Under the pieces are notes generated by a model that was given only the letters and a program-made list of their open reading frames with translations, ran no database searches and had not been told where the DNA came from. A stretch of DNA of 64,000 bases from Lama guanicoe (lineage: Eukaryota), in the NCBI GenBank assembly GCA_013239625.1, contig MU054187.1:6025757-6089756 (forward strand), read 5' to 3'. Positions within the stretch are counted from its first letter, which is position 1. The number at the start of each line of letters is the position of its first letter. A program made the translations under genes and the position numbers. Shown piece by piece: positions 39,955-51,292 of this stretch.

Positions 39955-40297
39955 GCATCGTGTCACCCCAGGTCCGTATGTTGAAGCCTCAATTTCATGG
40001 AACTATTTGGAGCTAGGCCTTTATGCAGGTATTTACGGTTCAGTGAGGCCGTATGGGTGAGGTCTTAGTCCAATAGGACTGATGGCCTTCGAAGAAGAGA
40101 AATATTTCTCTCTAACATCTTTCACACAAAGAGGTCAAGTGAGCAATGACAGCCACGCACAGGCCAAGGGAAGAGGCCTCAGGATGAAACTTGAACCTCG
40201 CCAGTTCCTTGGTCTTGGACTTCCAGCCCCCAGAACTGTGAGGCCTAGATCCCAGTTACTCAAGCCGCCACCCGCCTGTGGTACTTGGTTGGCAGCT
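39955..40297 (+). mobile_element. MLT1-type MaLR solo LTR
   Basis: Contains MLT1 hallmark blocks: 'tatgttgaagcct..tatttggag', 'agaagaga', 'cttggacttccagcccccagaactgtgag', 'tgtggtacttggttggcagc'. Confidence 0.75.
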
Positions 40298-40329
40298 CTG
40301 GAGGGTGGGTGCCTGCCTGGGGCACCATC

Positions 40330-40485
40330 GTTTCCATGCCATCGGCCCATTTGTCAAAACCACTGGGAGGGCTTGGTGAAACACAGATTGCTAGGCTAAC
40401 CCTAAGAATTTCAAAGTTAGTAGGTCTGGGCTGGCCTGAGAAATGAACTTCTAACAAGCTCCCCCTTGGGGAGCACTCAGTCACC
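40330..40485. mobile_element. MER5A-like hAT MITE
   Basis: 'cactgggagggcttggtgaaacacagattgctaggc..agtaggtctggg..ggcctgagaaatgaacttctaacaagctcccc'. Confidence 0.7.
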
Positions 40486-41448
40486 TGCGGAAGGGGTTCC
40501 AGACAAGTGCCCGGAAGGCTTGGACAGGGATATTTGGTGCTGCCACCCACCTGCGCAAGTCTCAGAGACTCAGCTCATCCTTTGTGAAACGGGGATAATG
40601 TTTGTATCGTTTATCTAGGGTCATTGAAGCTAAGATAAGTAAATAAAAGCTTTGGGTCCACCTGATCTTCAGACAAAGCGGTGGGGCTGGGGAAAGGTGC
40701 CTTCTCGTCAAAAGAAAGGAACAGACGGAATGGAGGCGTGAGTACTTAAATGATAAAATATACAGCAAAGTAACGCATCTCCTTCCCTTTACACACTGGA
40801 CACGCTCGATCATTTGGCTGGCTGCTGCGGGGGCCTTCTCTTCCCCTCCTGCCCTTCTCTGCGTCCCTCACCCGACTTGTCTTGAAAGCTGGGAACCTCA
40901 GCCAAGGGGCCTGTGTTGCGGATGCTGGCTTTCCCCTTCCAAGGATGTCTGGGGCTCTGGTGATTGTGGCATCAGAAATTACCGAGTTTCTAGTTCTCCA
41001 TGGGTAAGACTGCCTTTTGTGGCTGGGTATTGTGTTTGAAAGGTCTTTTTTTTCTTTTTTTCTTTTTTGGTTTTGTTTTCGTTTTGCCATGTTCAAAATG
41101 TTTTAGAATGCAAAAGTTTGCGTGTGTGTATATAATTACTGACATATTACATTTTCAGCAATGTTGTTGACCAGTAATGAGGATGTTGATCATTTACAGC
41201 CATGGTTATCAAATTTTGTGGTCTCGTGGCCACTTTAAACTCCTATTGAGAACCCCAACGAGCTGTCGCTTGTGTGGGTAATATCTATTGACACTGTACT
41301 CAATATGAAAGCTATTTAAACATTTCATTAAGTTAGTTTTAAATAACATTAAATCGATGACATGCTAATAAAAAGAATATAATTTTTATGAAAAATAATT
41401 ACTTTCTCAAGTAAAAGTTTAATGAGAATGAAGGGCATTACTTTATAT

Positions 41449-41665
41449 ATTTTAATTGAAAATTTTTAATGAAGTATAGTTGCTGTACAATATTATATGT
41501 TACAGGTGTACAGTATAGTTATTCACAATTTTTTAAAAGTTATATTCCATTCATAGTTGTTTTGAAATGTTAGCTCTAGTCTCCATGTTGTACCATATGT
41601 CTTTGTGGTTTATTTTATGCCTAATAGTGCCTCTTAATCCCCTGCCCAGGTATTACCCCTCCCAC
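41449..41665 (-). mobile_element. 5'-truncated L1 3' end nested in the Charlie element
   Basis: 'ttttaatgaagtatagttgctgtacaatattatatgttacaggtgtaca..' is an antisense L1 3' end. A perfect 13-bp TSD cattactttatat lies at 41436-41448 and 41666-41678. Confidence 0.8.
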
Positions 41666-41895
41666 CATTACTTTATATTTTTGTAAGTCTCTTTAATGCC
41701 TGGTTCGAGAGAAGACAGGTTCTGATAGCTGCTATGCATTCCATCTGTTGTAATGTGTTATTTTGGTTGAAGAACGTGTAGAAAATCTGGCATGCAGATA
41801 TGTAACTGAACAGGGAAGAACATCTGAATGGCCTTTGCCGATGATTTGATACTACACTAAAAGTATAAGGAGTAATTTCTTAAAGGTTGGTTGCA

Positions 41896-42109
41896 GGAGG
41901 GAGAGTATAGCTCAAGTGGAAGCATGCATGCTTAGCAGGCATGAGGTCCTAGGTTCAATCCCCAGTGCCTCCTCTAAAAATAAAACTAATTACCTCCCCT
42001 GCCATGCCCTGCCAAAATTAAAAAAAAATTTTTTAAATAATATGATAATAAGTGAAATTTAAAGAACCCCAAAAACTTGTTAGAAAAAAAGAGCATTGCT
42101 ATTAAAAAA
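41896..42109 (+). mobile_element. tRNA-Ala-derived SINE (Vic-1-like) nested in the Charlie element
   Basis: Head 'gggagagtatagctcaagtggaagcatgcatgcttagcaggcatgaggtcctaggttcaatccccagtgcctcc' and a long A-rich tail. TSD aaaggttggttgca (41882-41895) / aaaggttagctgca (42110-42123). Confidence 0.85.
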
Positions 42110-45044
42110 AAAGGTTAGCTGCATTGAGGAATCTGAAATCATGTCAGTGAAATTTTTGTATTTGCTTTCATTAAAGTTCATTAATATGTTTCATAATTTG
42201 AATGGATCTTTTATCTGTGCATGGTTTTGTAACATCATGTGTTACTAATTTGGAAAATAAGTATTTTCAAAAATATTCAGTAAATTACATAAATCTTTCA
42301 AATGTTGACATATTTCATTACACAGTATTTAAAAAAATCACATTTGTTAATACCACCACCAGTCTAACCGGCAGCGTCTTTAAATACTGGGATGCTGTCA
42401 AGTTCATGAGTAGAGTGGGTAGAGGTTTTTCCAAAATTCTCATTTTTGCTTTGAAAGCTCAAACTAAAATCATTGGCAACAAAACTGTTCATTGTTTTCC
42501 TTGAAGTGACAGACTTATTTTGTTCATTTTTGAGAAAATGTCTGCCAAATGCTCAAGCCTGAAGAACCATAGTTTGTCAGTTGTTTTTCCCCCCACAAGC
42601 GAAAACGGTGTTCTTTGAAAAAAGCTTGCAACTCAGCCATGCAGCCTCCCTCGGTACCTGCCTGGAACCTGATGGTTTCCGACGTGACCCGCCCTCTAGA
42701 AGGAAGCAGGCATGCAGCAGTGATGGTGGAGCGCAGATGTCCGTGTGTGTAAAAGTGCTAGTCAGGGACGTTTAGGGGAGGCAAGTGCAACGCTGGTTAA
42801 AAGGAAAAAAATCCTCATAACATAGTTGACTTAATACACCAGAAATTATGCAGATGAATTTGTTTCCTTCAGCGTAGTGACCTTGGAGACAGGACACCAC
42901 ATTCAGTGGTAACGCCAACGGTCAGAGTGCTTTTCAGATGTCACCTTATTTGGAATTGCTTCAAGTTGTGACTTTAGCTTACTCCATAGCTTGTGTTTGG
43001 ATGTACTGTTTTAAAACTATTGCCTCAAAGTTCTGTTAATGTTTCCCCAATGATACGTAAATACAGTTGTCTGGTCTGAGAGGACACTGTTGCCTGAGAA
43101 CAGGGAATGGGAGGGGGCAGTACATTCCTTAGCAGCTTAGGATGTTTGTTACAGTAGCATCAGCACCAGCCTTGGGGTCCGAGCCAGGGGCCGGGTCTGA
43201 CCTCCCGGGTGACCTTGAACAAAGCATTCACCTTCTCACTGCTTCTGTGTAATGTCAAGTGATCGGACTAGGACTCCAGTCTTTTATTGCTCCTTCCCGT
43301 TCTGTGATTCCAGGTTCTGAAGGCAGGAAAGCAGGATCTCCCCCCTCCCCCAGTCTCGGCGGGTGGCCTGCGGGGGACTTGCGCTGCAGCCTTCCCGTCC
43401 CTTTCCACCGGCCCTGCATCCCTCCTCCAAAGGTAGCCGGTGAGGTTGGTGCGGAACGTGCGGAGAGCAGTTCACCTTACTGTCTGCCGTGTGCGGGGCG
43501 GTCTGTGACCGGCCACTCGCGACAGATGAATGAGGTCACATCTAAGCAGTCCACTGAAGGAGAGGAGGGAACACTTATTTTCATGTTTTCATAGACGAGG
43601 AAGCCGAGGTCCAGAGCTGCTTTCATGTGCCTGAGGCAGCAAGAGTGTGGTCAGCCCGAGCTGCTTCCCCCGGATTTCTACATGCTGCGTGCTCTGCCTC
43701 CCTCCCCGGTCCTGGCCCGGATCTTTCTTCCTTCATTTGTGTCTCTGTGACTGTTATAGGCTTTTCTAAAGGGTTGAAGAAATGTCCCAATTGGGCATCA
43801 TTAACCTCTGTTGAGACATGGTGATTTTATAAATGTTTAACATTAATAAACTTAATTTTTGACAATGGTCAATAACAGGTAAAGATGAGAAAGTGCTGAT
43901 GTGACCCCATAAACATGTGTTGGAGTGGGGTCTGACCAGGGTTGTTAGACACAAAAAGCGAGGGCAGGTAAGCTTGGGGGTGAGTTCAGAAACAAGGGAC
44001 AGGGGTGCTCAGGCAACATTCCCGTGTTTCCAGTTTGCCTTTTTGTATCAAGAACTAGACACTCACATTATCGTGTTTTGTGTGTTGAAAGATCTCTGCT
44101 TTTTGTATCTTTCAACAAGCACATCCGTGCACCTGCTCATCCTGGCCACGGCAGTGAGTACCGGGATCAGAGGTGGGGTGAGAGCGTTCCTCTGGGAGCC
44201 CGGGGCTCCGGTGGCTGGAGTCTGCAGGGAGGAACCGCTTGGCTTTCCGGCCAACACCAGGCACCCAGGAGAGGACCCGTGTGGGTCCGAGGCCCCTTCC
44301 TCGGGGTGTGCCGGCAGGCGGCCTGCTGCCCTGGCTGCGCTTCACGGGGGGCTGCAGCAGAGGGACTCGCCGGGACGCCCCTTCATAGCGCTGCAAGCAG
44401 ACGTGTTCTGAGAAACGACGGTTTCGTCGTCTTCCTATGTAAACCAGGTGCTAACTTACCTTTGGGGAGAAACAGTTGCTTTACAATTACTAGTGGTTTG
44501 GATATTTTTCCACTTAAAACTGAAAGCCTCGTTATTTCCATGATATATGTGTGTTTGATTTATTTTTATAACCACTTTTTATCAATTATCTGTGCTTCTT
44601 GAGATTTTATTTTTCTGTCGTTAGAAGTGTGGATTTCAGAAGAGGACAGCTGTACTTGGGGTTCTCACTGCGAAGCTACTTAGCGGCTCAGGGTGGAGGG
44701 GTGTTCGCTCGCTGTTTTTGTTCAGCCCCTTTCCGCCTCCCTGCCCTGCAGATGAGAAACCGGGAGCCAAGAGACTAAGTAACTGAGTCAAGGCCACACA
44801 GCTTGGTCCACCTGCTCTGCGTGTCTCAGTCTCTCCCGTTAGAGGAGAAAGGGGTCGTCCACTCTGTGCACTGAGTGTGTGCCAGGAGCTTTATGCAGAC
44901 AGCCTCGTCCTCGTGAATTAGAGGGAGGTGGCATCATCTGTGTTTGACAAATGAGAAAGGGAAGCTCTGGGGCTGAGTGTCATTTCAGAGTTGGTCTCAG
45001 ACCTTAGTGGGCCTGGAGGGTCCTCTTACTCTGCCACTTTGTTC

Positions 45045-45410
45045 TGTTGATTCTTGGATTCTTTTGTGGTTCCATACAAATTTTAGGATTGTTTCTTTGA
45101 AAAATGCCATCAGGGGCAGGAGGGTATAGCTCAGTGGTAGAGCATGTGCTCAGCATGCACGAGGTCCTGGGTTCAATACCCAGTATCTCCATTAAAAAAA
45201 AATTAATAAATAAAACCCACTCCCCACCCCCAAATCCCCAAAATAAATTAAAAAACAAATTTTTAAAAAGGCTTTGGAATTTTGGTAAGGATTGTAGGTT
45301 TGTAGCTTGCTTTGGGTAGGATGGACAGTTTAACAGTACTAATCTTCCGGTCCATGAACACAGCGTCCCTTTCCATTTATTTGTGTCTTCTTCAGTTTCT
45401 TTCTTTAGAA
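45045..45410 (-). mobile_element. L1 ORF2 fragment split by a SINE
   Basis: The minus-strand translation 'KKETEEDTNKWKGTLCSWTGR' resembles L1 ORF2 'EIKEDTNKWKNIPCSWIGR'. Homology resumes on the other side of the SINE ('ttgtggttccatacaaattttaggattgtt'). Confidence 0.8.
45113..45269 (+). mobile_element. tRNA-Ala-derived SINE (Vic-1-like) with intact A and B boxes
   Basis: 'ggagggtatagctcagtggtagagcatgtgctcagcatgcacgaggtcctgggttcaataccCAgtatctcc' followed by an A-rich/C-rich/A-rich tail; homologous to the copies at 41896 and 51163. Confidence 0.88.
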
Positions 45411-46689
45411 TTCGCACCTCACCACCACCCTCACCCTCCGAATGCGAGCCAGTTGAAGCCCCTGGGATGAGACCACGTTCTCTTGTTTGTCTTTACCTCT
45501 GCACCCATCCCTCTTCCTGTCCCAGTGGAAATAGCGGATTCTGCCTCCTGCGCTTTGGGCCTCTCCCATCTCCCCTCTTCAGAGATGCGGGCCCTGGTTT
45601 GTCCCTTCTGCGTGCTGCTGAGATCTCCTGCCCTTCGCGCCTCCTCCTGGGACGGTTTGCACGCTTGACCTAGCATGTGCTTGCGTAGTGCTTGTAAGTG
45701 ACGGGAACTGTCCCAGTGCTCTGCAGTTATTAATGCAGTCCGTTCTCATCACCCCCACTTCATATTGAGGCACAGAGAGACCAAGGAACCTGCCCAGGGT
45801 TACTTGACTTGTGCTGGAACTCAGTCCCATGTCTCTCTGGTGGGTGGACAAATGCTGGTCCTTGGTCTGTCTGCTTCCACCACTGCCCGGCTTTCTCTTC
45901 CCCTTCTCTGTCCGAAGTTGGGAGCCGTCTGTACTGCCCTTCCCCTCCCATCGTCACCCTAACTGAGCACTTTAGCGTCTGCCCTCCCTGTTTTAAAGAC
46001 ACCACTCTTCACAGTCATCGATCCACTGGTGGAGTCTGATGGTCACTTTTGTTTTCTTGCTTCTTTCTCGATAGCGTTCGAACTTGTTGGTCACATCCTT
46101 CCTACAGCTTCTCCGCGGTGTGTGGGTCTGTCTTACTGGCTGACTCGTCCGTTGGCTCTGCCAGTGTCGGTGTCCTTCAGAACTCTGTCCTTGTCCTCTC
46201 TGTAGACTATGTCTGAACACACTCTCCGGGTGATATCTGCTCTCAGACTTGGCCTTCCTTCCATTTCTCAGTGACTTGAACGGCCGTGTCTTCAGCGCGA
46301 CTTTCTCCCTGGGGTGCTCCTCACTTTGAGATCGTGCTGCAGACTGGGTAGCTCCTTGTGGGTTTTCCCTGCGTCTCTCCCCTGCTCCACATCAGTTCTC
46401 CTCCACTTCTGTTCCCTATATCTCACTGCATGGTACCACCATCTGCTGGTTACCCAAGCCAGAGCCCCCTCATCCTAGACTCTTCCTCACCCGCCAGCAT
46501 CCAGTCAGGAACCAAGTCCAGTGGTTGGGTAGCTCTGTCTTTTGAGTGTCTCCATCCCCATTTTTGCTGCACCAGCATCTCCTTCAGACTGGTCTCCGTG
46601 GCCCTAGTCTTGTAGAATCCCACCTCTCCCAATCTGTGGTCCACATTTTAGTAAGGAAGGAGGACTTTTTCCTAAAATGTGCATCTTCT

Positions 46690-47180
46690 GGATGGGTAGA
46701 GGAGGTATGATATATATGTACAATGGAATATTACTCGACTATAAAAAAGAATAAAATAATGCCATTTGCAGCAACATGGATGGACCTAGAGATTATCACA
46801 CTAAGTGGAGTAAGTCAGACAGAGAAAGACAAGTATCATATTGTATCACTTATATGTGGAATTAAAAAAAAAGATACAAATGAACTTATTAACCAAAACA
46901 GAAACAGACACACAGGCACAGAAAACAAACTTACCATTACCGAAGGGGAAAGGGTTGGGGGAGGAAACATCAGGGGTTTGGGATCAACACATACAAACTA
47001 CTATATACACAACAGATGAGAAGGATTTACTGTATAACGCAGGGACTGATAGTCAATGTCTTGTAATAACCTATAATGGAAAATAATCTGAAAAAATATG
47101 TATATAACTGAATTACTTTGCTGTACTCCAGAAACTAACACAATATTGCAAGTCAATACCTCAGTGAAAAGACAATAATG
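46690..47180 (+). mobile_element. L1 ORF2 C-terminus plus 3' UTR (5'-truncated)
   Basis: ORF 46723 reads MEYYSTIKKNKIMPFAATWMDLEIITLSGVSQTEKDKYHIVSLICGI, the classic L1 ORF2 end, followed by an L1 3' UTR. Confidence 0.92.
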
Positions 47181-47491
47181 TAATATATACATCTTTCTAA
47201 ATAGCATAGCTTAAAAAGTTTGACTTCTCCATGAATTCAAGAGGAATGACAAGCTTTCATGATCTGGCCCCTACTGACGCCAAGCGGGGTGTTGGCAGAC
47301 GTCTTATTGTATGTCTCTGCTTCCCTGCGCCTCTGAACTGGATGTCAGGCCACTCTGCCTTCCTCCTGCCCGGACCCTGTACCTGCCAATCTTCCCCTTT
47401 GCCCTTTAGGTCTCAGACTAGACAGAGTCTCCTACACCAGCCCAGCCTGTGAATTTTCTGGCACGATGAAAAGTCTACCGAGCTCTTTGTT

Positions 47492-47645
47492 TGCTGTGTC
47501 CAGTTCTGTAGCCACTAGCTACGTGTTGAGCACTTGAATATGGCTGGCGTGGAACAGGAACTGGACTTTAAATTTTACATAGTTCAAGTTAATTTGAATT
47601 TAAACAGCCACGTGGGGCTCCTGGCTCCTGACCGGCCAGCGCAGG
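47492..47645. mobile_element. MER3-like hAT MITE
   Basis: 'gctgtgtccagttctgtagccactagctacgtgttgagcacttgaatatggct..ggaactggactttaaatttta..ttaatttgaatttaaacagccacgtgggg'. Confidence 0.7.
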
Positions 47646-49067
47646 GACTGCGGGAAGGGGTGCGGAGTGCTGCTGGGCATTCTGTGCTTATCGCACAGAT
47701 AAACGTGCCCCCGGGACGACACGGGAGCTGGCAGTATTGGGGAGGGTCGGAGGAAAGTTCACAAAAAAAAATTCATCAAGAACCCGGAGCATAGTTACAT
47801 GGACACACAAGACTTATAATGCAGAAAAATAATTTTACTAAAGATGATTTATCAAGAACCAGTTATTTTCAGCATGTTCACATGGTTACGTTTAGAACAC
47901 TGGACTCACATCTGAAATTCTTAAATATAAGCTGTGGCCCAAAGGGACCAGGTGACATTAATAATCAAAATGTACTTCAAACACTGTAGATGCCAGATCA
48001 CATTATAGTTTTTCATGATACTTGGATTGTTAGCAAATCCTGATGGGACTTAACAGGTAAGAAAGCAGTGTGCAGAGAACTTTGGCCTTTTTGGAGAAAA
48101 GGCATTCAAATATAATGAGCAGTAAGGGACGTTTAATGCATGTCTTTCCTGGGTGCTCCCGTGCACGAGTGGAGCATCCAGTGGGGAGAGGAGCTTGCAC
48201 CAGCCCCTGTTGCTCTGGGAGGCTCACCCCGAAGGCTGGACTGGTCATTATGCAAAAACAGAGTTGGAAAGCTAGAAGATTGTCACCAGCGTGTGGTTCT
48301 CCTTTTCCGTGTCACAGTACCAGTGAAGAGCTGGAAGACGCTTTCATTCCCTGCCCCAACTCAAGCCTCCCTGCCTCCCTTGTGTGAAAAAAAATCTTAG
48401 GAAGTCAGTGCCGTTCATTGATTTTCCTGCGTGTTTGTGGCTGGAGGAGGGGGCGTTAGAAAAATACTGAGATGCTACATAGTGGCTCATTCCCTAAAAC
48501 ATTTTGGGGGCACTGGGTCTGGTGTCAGGGATACAAAATGGGAGGCATAAAGTGTGGGGTCTTCCAATGCACTCGCCTGTCTGGGCATGCTGGTGCATTT
48601 ATAGAGACAGTAGGGGAACAGTTAAACGGTTCCTGATGAAAGGAACACTAAAATACAGTCTATATTCGCAACAGGACATAATTTAGTCAAAGAAAAACAT
48701 GGAAAAATAGAAAGAAGTCTTTTAAAATTAAAGCACCAGAAAATCTAAATTCATTTCACAACAAAGTTATAAATGATTCTGATAGGTTTAAAACTACTCA
48801 CTACCAAGTTGGTATGCATCCAGTAAAAATTATTTGGATACCGATGAACTAAACAATTTCAAGTACCAAACGGTATTTAAAAACTTTCATCTTTACCATG
48901 GTGAGGAAAACCCTTTGTTCTCACTGTTCTAGGAAGACAGAACTTCTGCGCTAAGGCGCCTTGGCAGCTGGCCGGCTAGATCCCTTGACAAGTGACCGAA
49001 CCAGAGCACGGAGGGCATGTGAGGGTGGTTTTGAGGTAGAAACTTGAGATACGTGGTCTGTCAGAAC

Positions 49068-49162
49068 CTTTTTTTTTTTTAAATGGAGGTACCGGAGATT
49101 GAGCCCAGGAACCCACACACGCTAATAAAAGCACGCTCTCTGTACTGTCCCCTCTTCCCCGC
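49068..49162 (-). mobile_element. Short, degenerate tRNA-derived SINE
   Basis: Poly-T, then 'aaatggaggtaccggagattgagcccagg' (antisense B-box region). Flanked by gtcagaac at 49060-49067 and 49163-49170. Confidence 0.65.
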
Positions 49163-51162
49163 GTCAGAACAGCTTCTGCTCTTTCTAGGTTTGAGATGCC
49201 GCCTGGAAAATGTTGTGTAGGCAGTTTTCTATTTAATGGGGCACTTTGATTTACATACAGGATCTTAAAGGCTGTTTGAGAAAATTTAAGATTTTTTTGG
49301 TCATAGCCACTGGTCTTTAAAGGCACTAAATTCTCAGTAGCATAGTTGGAAACCTTTACTTACAGTCTTCAGAATTGTTTTATAGGAAGAACTGTGACTA
49401 TTTTCAAACCATCTCGGAAGTGGGCATGAAGTAGAGAATCTGGTGTGTTTAGACACCTGAAAGATGCGGGGAGAAACCTGAAGAGCGTGGGAAGGTGTTG
49501 GGTGGGTGTAGCATGATGCAAATGCTATCACTGATGAACATTATTCAGACTTCCTTGTCTGGGTCACAATTTTATTAGCAACTGATGTATAATATAGTCC
49601 AACACTTGAAAACCACACAGATGAGTGGGTGCCTCAGTAAACCCCGTATTTTAAAGCTGAGTAGGTGTCTAATCCTTGCTGTATTCTTTGATTAAATGGA
49701 GTACAAAATTCAATTATAAGGCTTCATTGGTAGCCTTAAATGATCTCAGTCGCCTTCATTATGTGAAATGAATGTCGCCCCTGGTAGTAGCTCATCTTCT
49801 CACTTTTCCTTTTCTCACATTCCAGTCTCTCTTACTTGCTAACTTGCGGTGAACTTAATGTTGATCTGTGATCAAAATGAACGCCATATAGAGATTTATA
49901 ACCACATAATAGGATCCCTTTTCAAGCCGAAAAACAAAGTTCACCTGCGAGTTAGAATGATAGCCTAATATCACGAGTCTTGTACACGCGTGTAAAAAGT
50001 ACCTAAAATTGGCTAGTTGAAAACGTGCTGCAGGTCATGACAGTCAGCTTTCAGTGCCGAAGAAGAGTATGGTGGTGCACTAAAATAATAGAATTCATTA
50101 CAGAACGTATTGTAGCTTTTTTGGGGAAAAGAGTTAGTTTTCCCTACATTGCACAGCTATTTGGGAGAAAGAGGCTCAGAAGATTTCTGGGTAATGAAGA
50201 GCTGGGCCAGATTAGGGTTGAGCCTTTGCTGTGGATGCAGGAAAATATGAGCAGAGTTTATGGGTGAAACTTTTGTCTTTTATTTTACGTTAATGTGAAC
50301 GAAGACATTTACTTTGGAGAAAAGAAGTATCAGGCTTATTTAGCTGCATGAAATGGGTAGTGTTTATGATCAGTGATTTTACTGTAATAGTTCTTGATAA
50401 TGGTTTTGATTGTCAGATGGTTTTGATTATGGTGGCACTGTAGAACCTGCCTGTATTTACAAGTGTACATACAGGGAAAAGTTTCCAACTTGTTCTAAGT
50501 CAGGGTGATTATGAAATAATGAATGCAAAACTGCTTACTGTATATTGCAGTCTTAATTCCACTTCCTTTGTCAAATGTTACTTATTTGAAAGAGTAATTT
50601 AATACTGTAGTCACTGAATAAGTTACATTTGTTTTCTTCCATTTTTTTCTGTCTGTAGATGTACCTTTCTGAAACTATGTGCAGTTTTCCAAAATACTTC
50701 TTCCAAAGACTTCCTCAGTCCTCTGCAGTTCTGTTTCGCTTTTATATTGCTTGCTTCCCTAATGGAAATGTGAGTTTCTATAATTTCTGTGTATTTCTCT
50801 TTTGCATGAAATACGGCATCTTAGAACAGTCTCCAGGTCACGGTGTGACCTCTGCCCTTGGCGTCCTGTGACACTTGACCTGGCTCGGTGCTCAGGTTTA
50901 TTCGTGATGGATAAGGCTGCCTTCTCATCATGTGTGCTCTGCTCTCGCAGGGAAAGTAGATAAATTATTTTCAGCTGCGGTGTTGCCAAAGGTTTTTTTT
51001 TTTTCCTTCCCTTAAGGAAAAGAATGTTGGTAGTGTGTTTCAAAGAAGGCTGTTTATACTTTTTCTCTCCTTGCATTTTAACTAGGCAGAATTGGGGTGC
51101 AGTATTAAGCTCCCCCAGGCTATGAGACAAGGTTCCCTTTTCATCTTTCCAGAAGCCTTTTT

Positions 51163-51292
51163 GTAAATTTATTTTTTTGGGGGGTAATTAGGTTTATTTA
51201 TTTATGTATTTTTAATTGAAAGTACTGGGGATTGAACCCAGGACCTTGTGCATGCAAGGCATCACTCTACCACTGAGCTACATCCTCCCCCC
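51163..51292 (-). mobile_element. tRNA-Ala-derived SINE (Vic-1-like)
   Basis: 'gtactggggattgaacccaggaccttgtgcatgcaaggcatcactctaccactgagctacatcctcccc' is the reverse complement of the SINE head. Imperfect TSD ttccagaagcctttt / ttccaaagccctttt. Confidence 0.85.

Larger units (their letters stand above)
41197..42660 (-). mobile_element. Charlie1-type hAT DNA transposon relic (transposase C-terminal half, decayed), interrupted by an L1 and a SINE
   Basis: The minus strand at 42492-42578 translates to DKLWFFRLEHLADIFSKMNKISLSLQGKQ*, a Charlie/Buster (ZBED5-like) transposase motif. A terminal-region-like 'caaattttgtggtctcgtggccactttaaactcctattgagaaccccaacgagct' lies at ~41210. Confidence 0.8.

Noticed and set aside
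42202..42660. Domesticated transposase gene (ZBED5/Buster-like)
   Set aside because: The minus-strand frame has stops and frameshifts and is split by two insertions; the + strand ORF at 42202 is antisense noise.
45113..45192. tRNA-Ala gene (also at 41896 and 51163)
   Set aside because: The tRNA-like head has a disturbed acceptor stem and anticodon arm, A-rich tails, TSDs at the sister copies and several diverged copies: these are SINEs, not tRNA genes.
46723..47019. 98-aa ORF as a host gene
   Set aside because: It is the L1 ORF2 C-terminus running into the 3' UTR of a truncated element.
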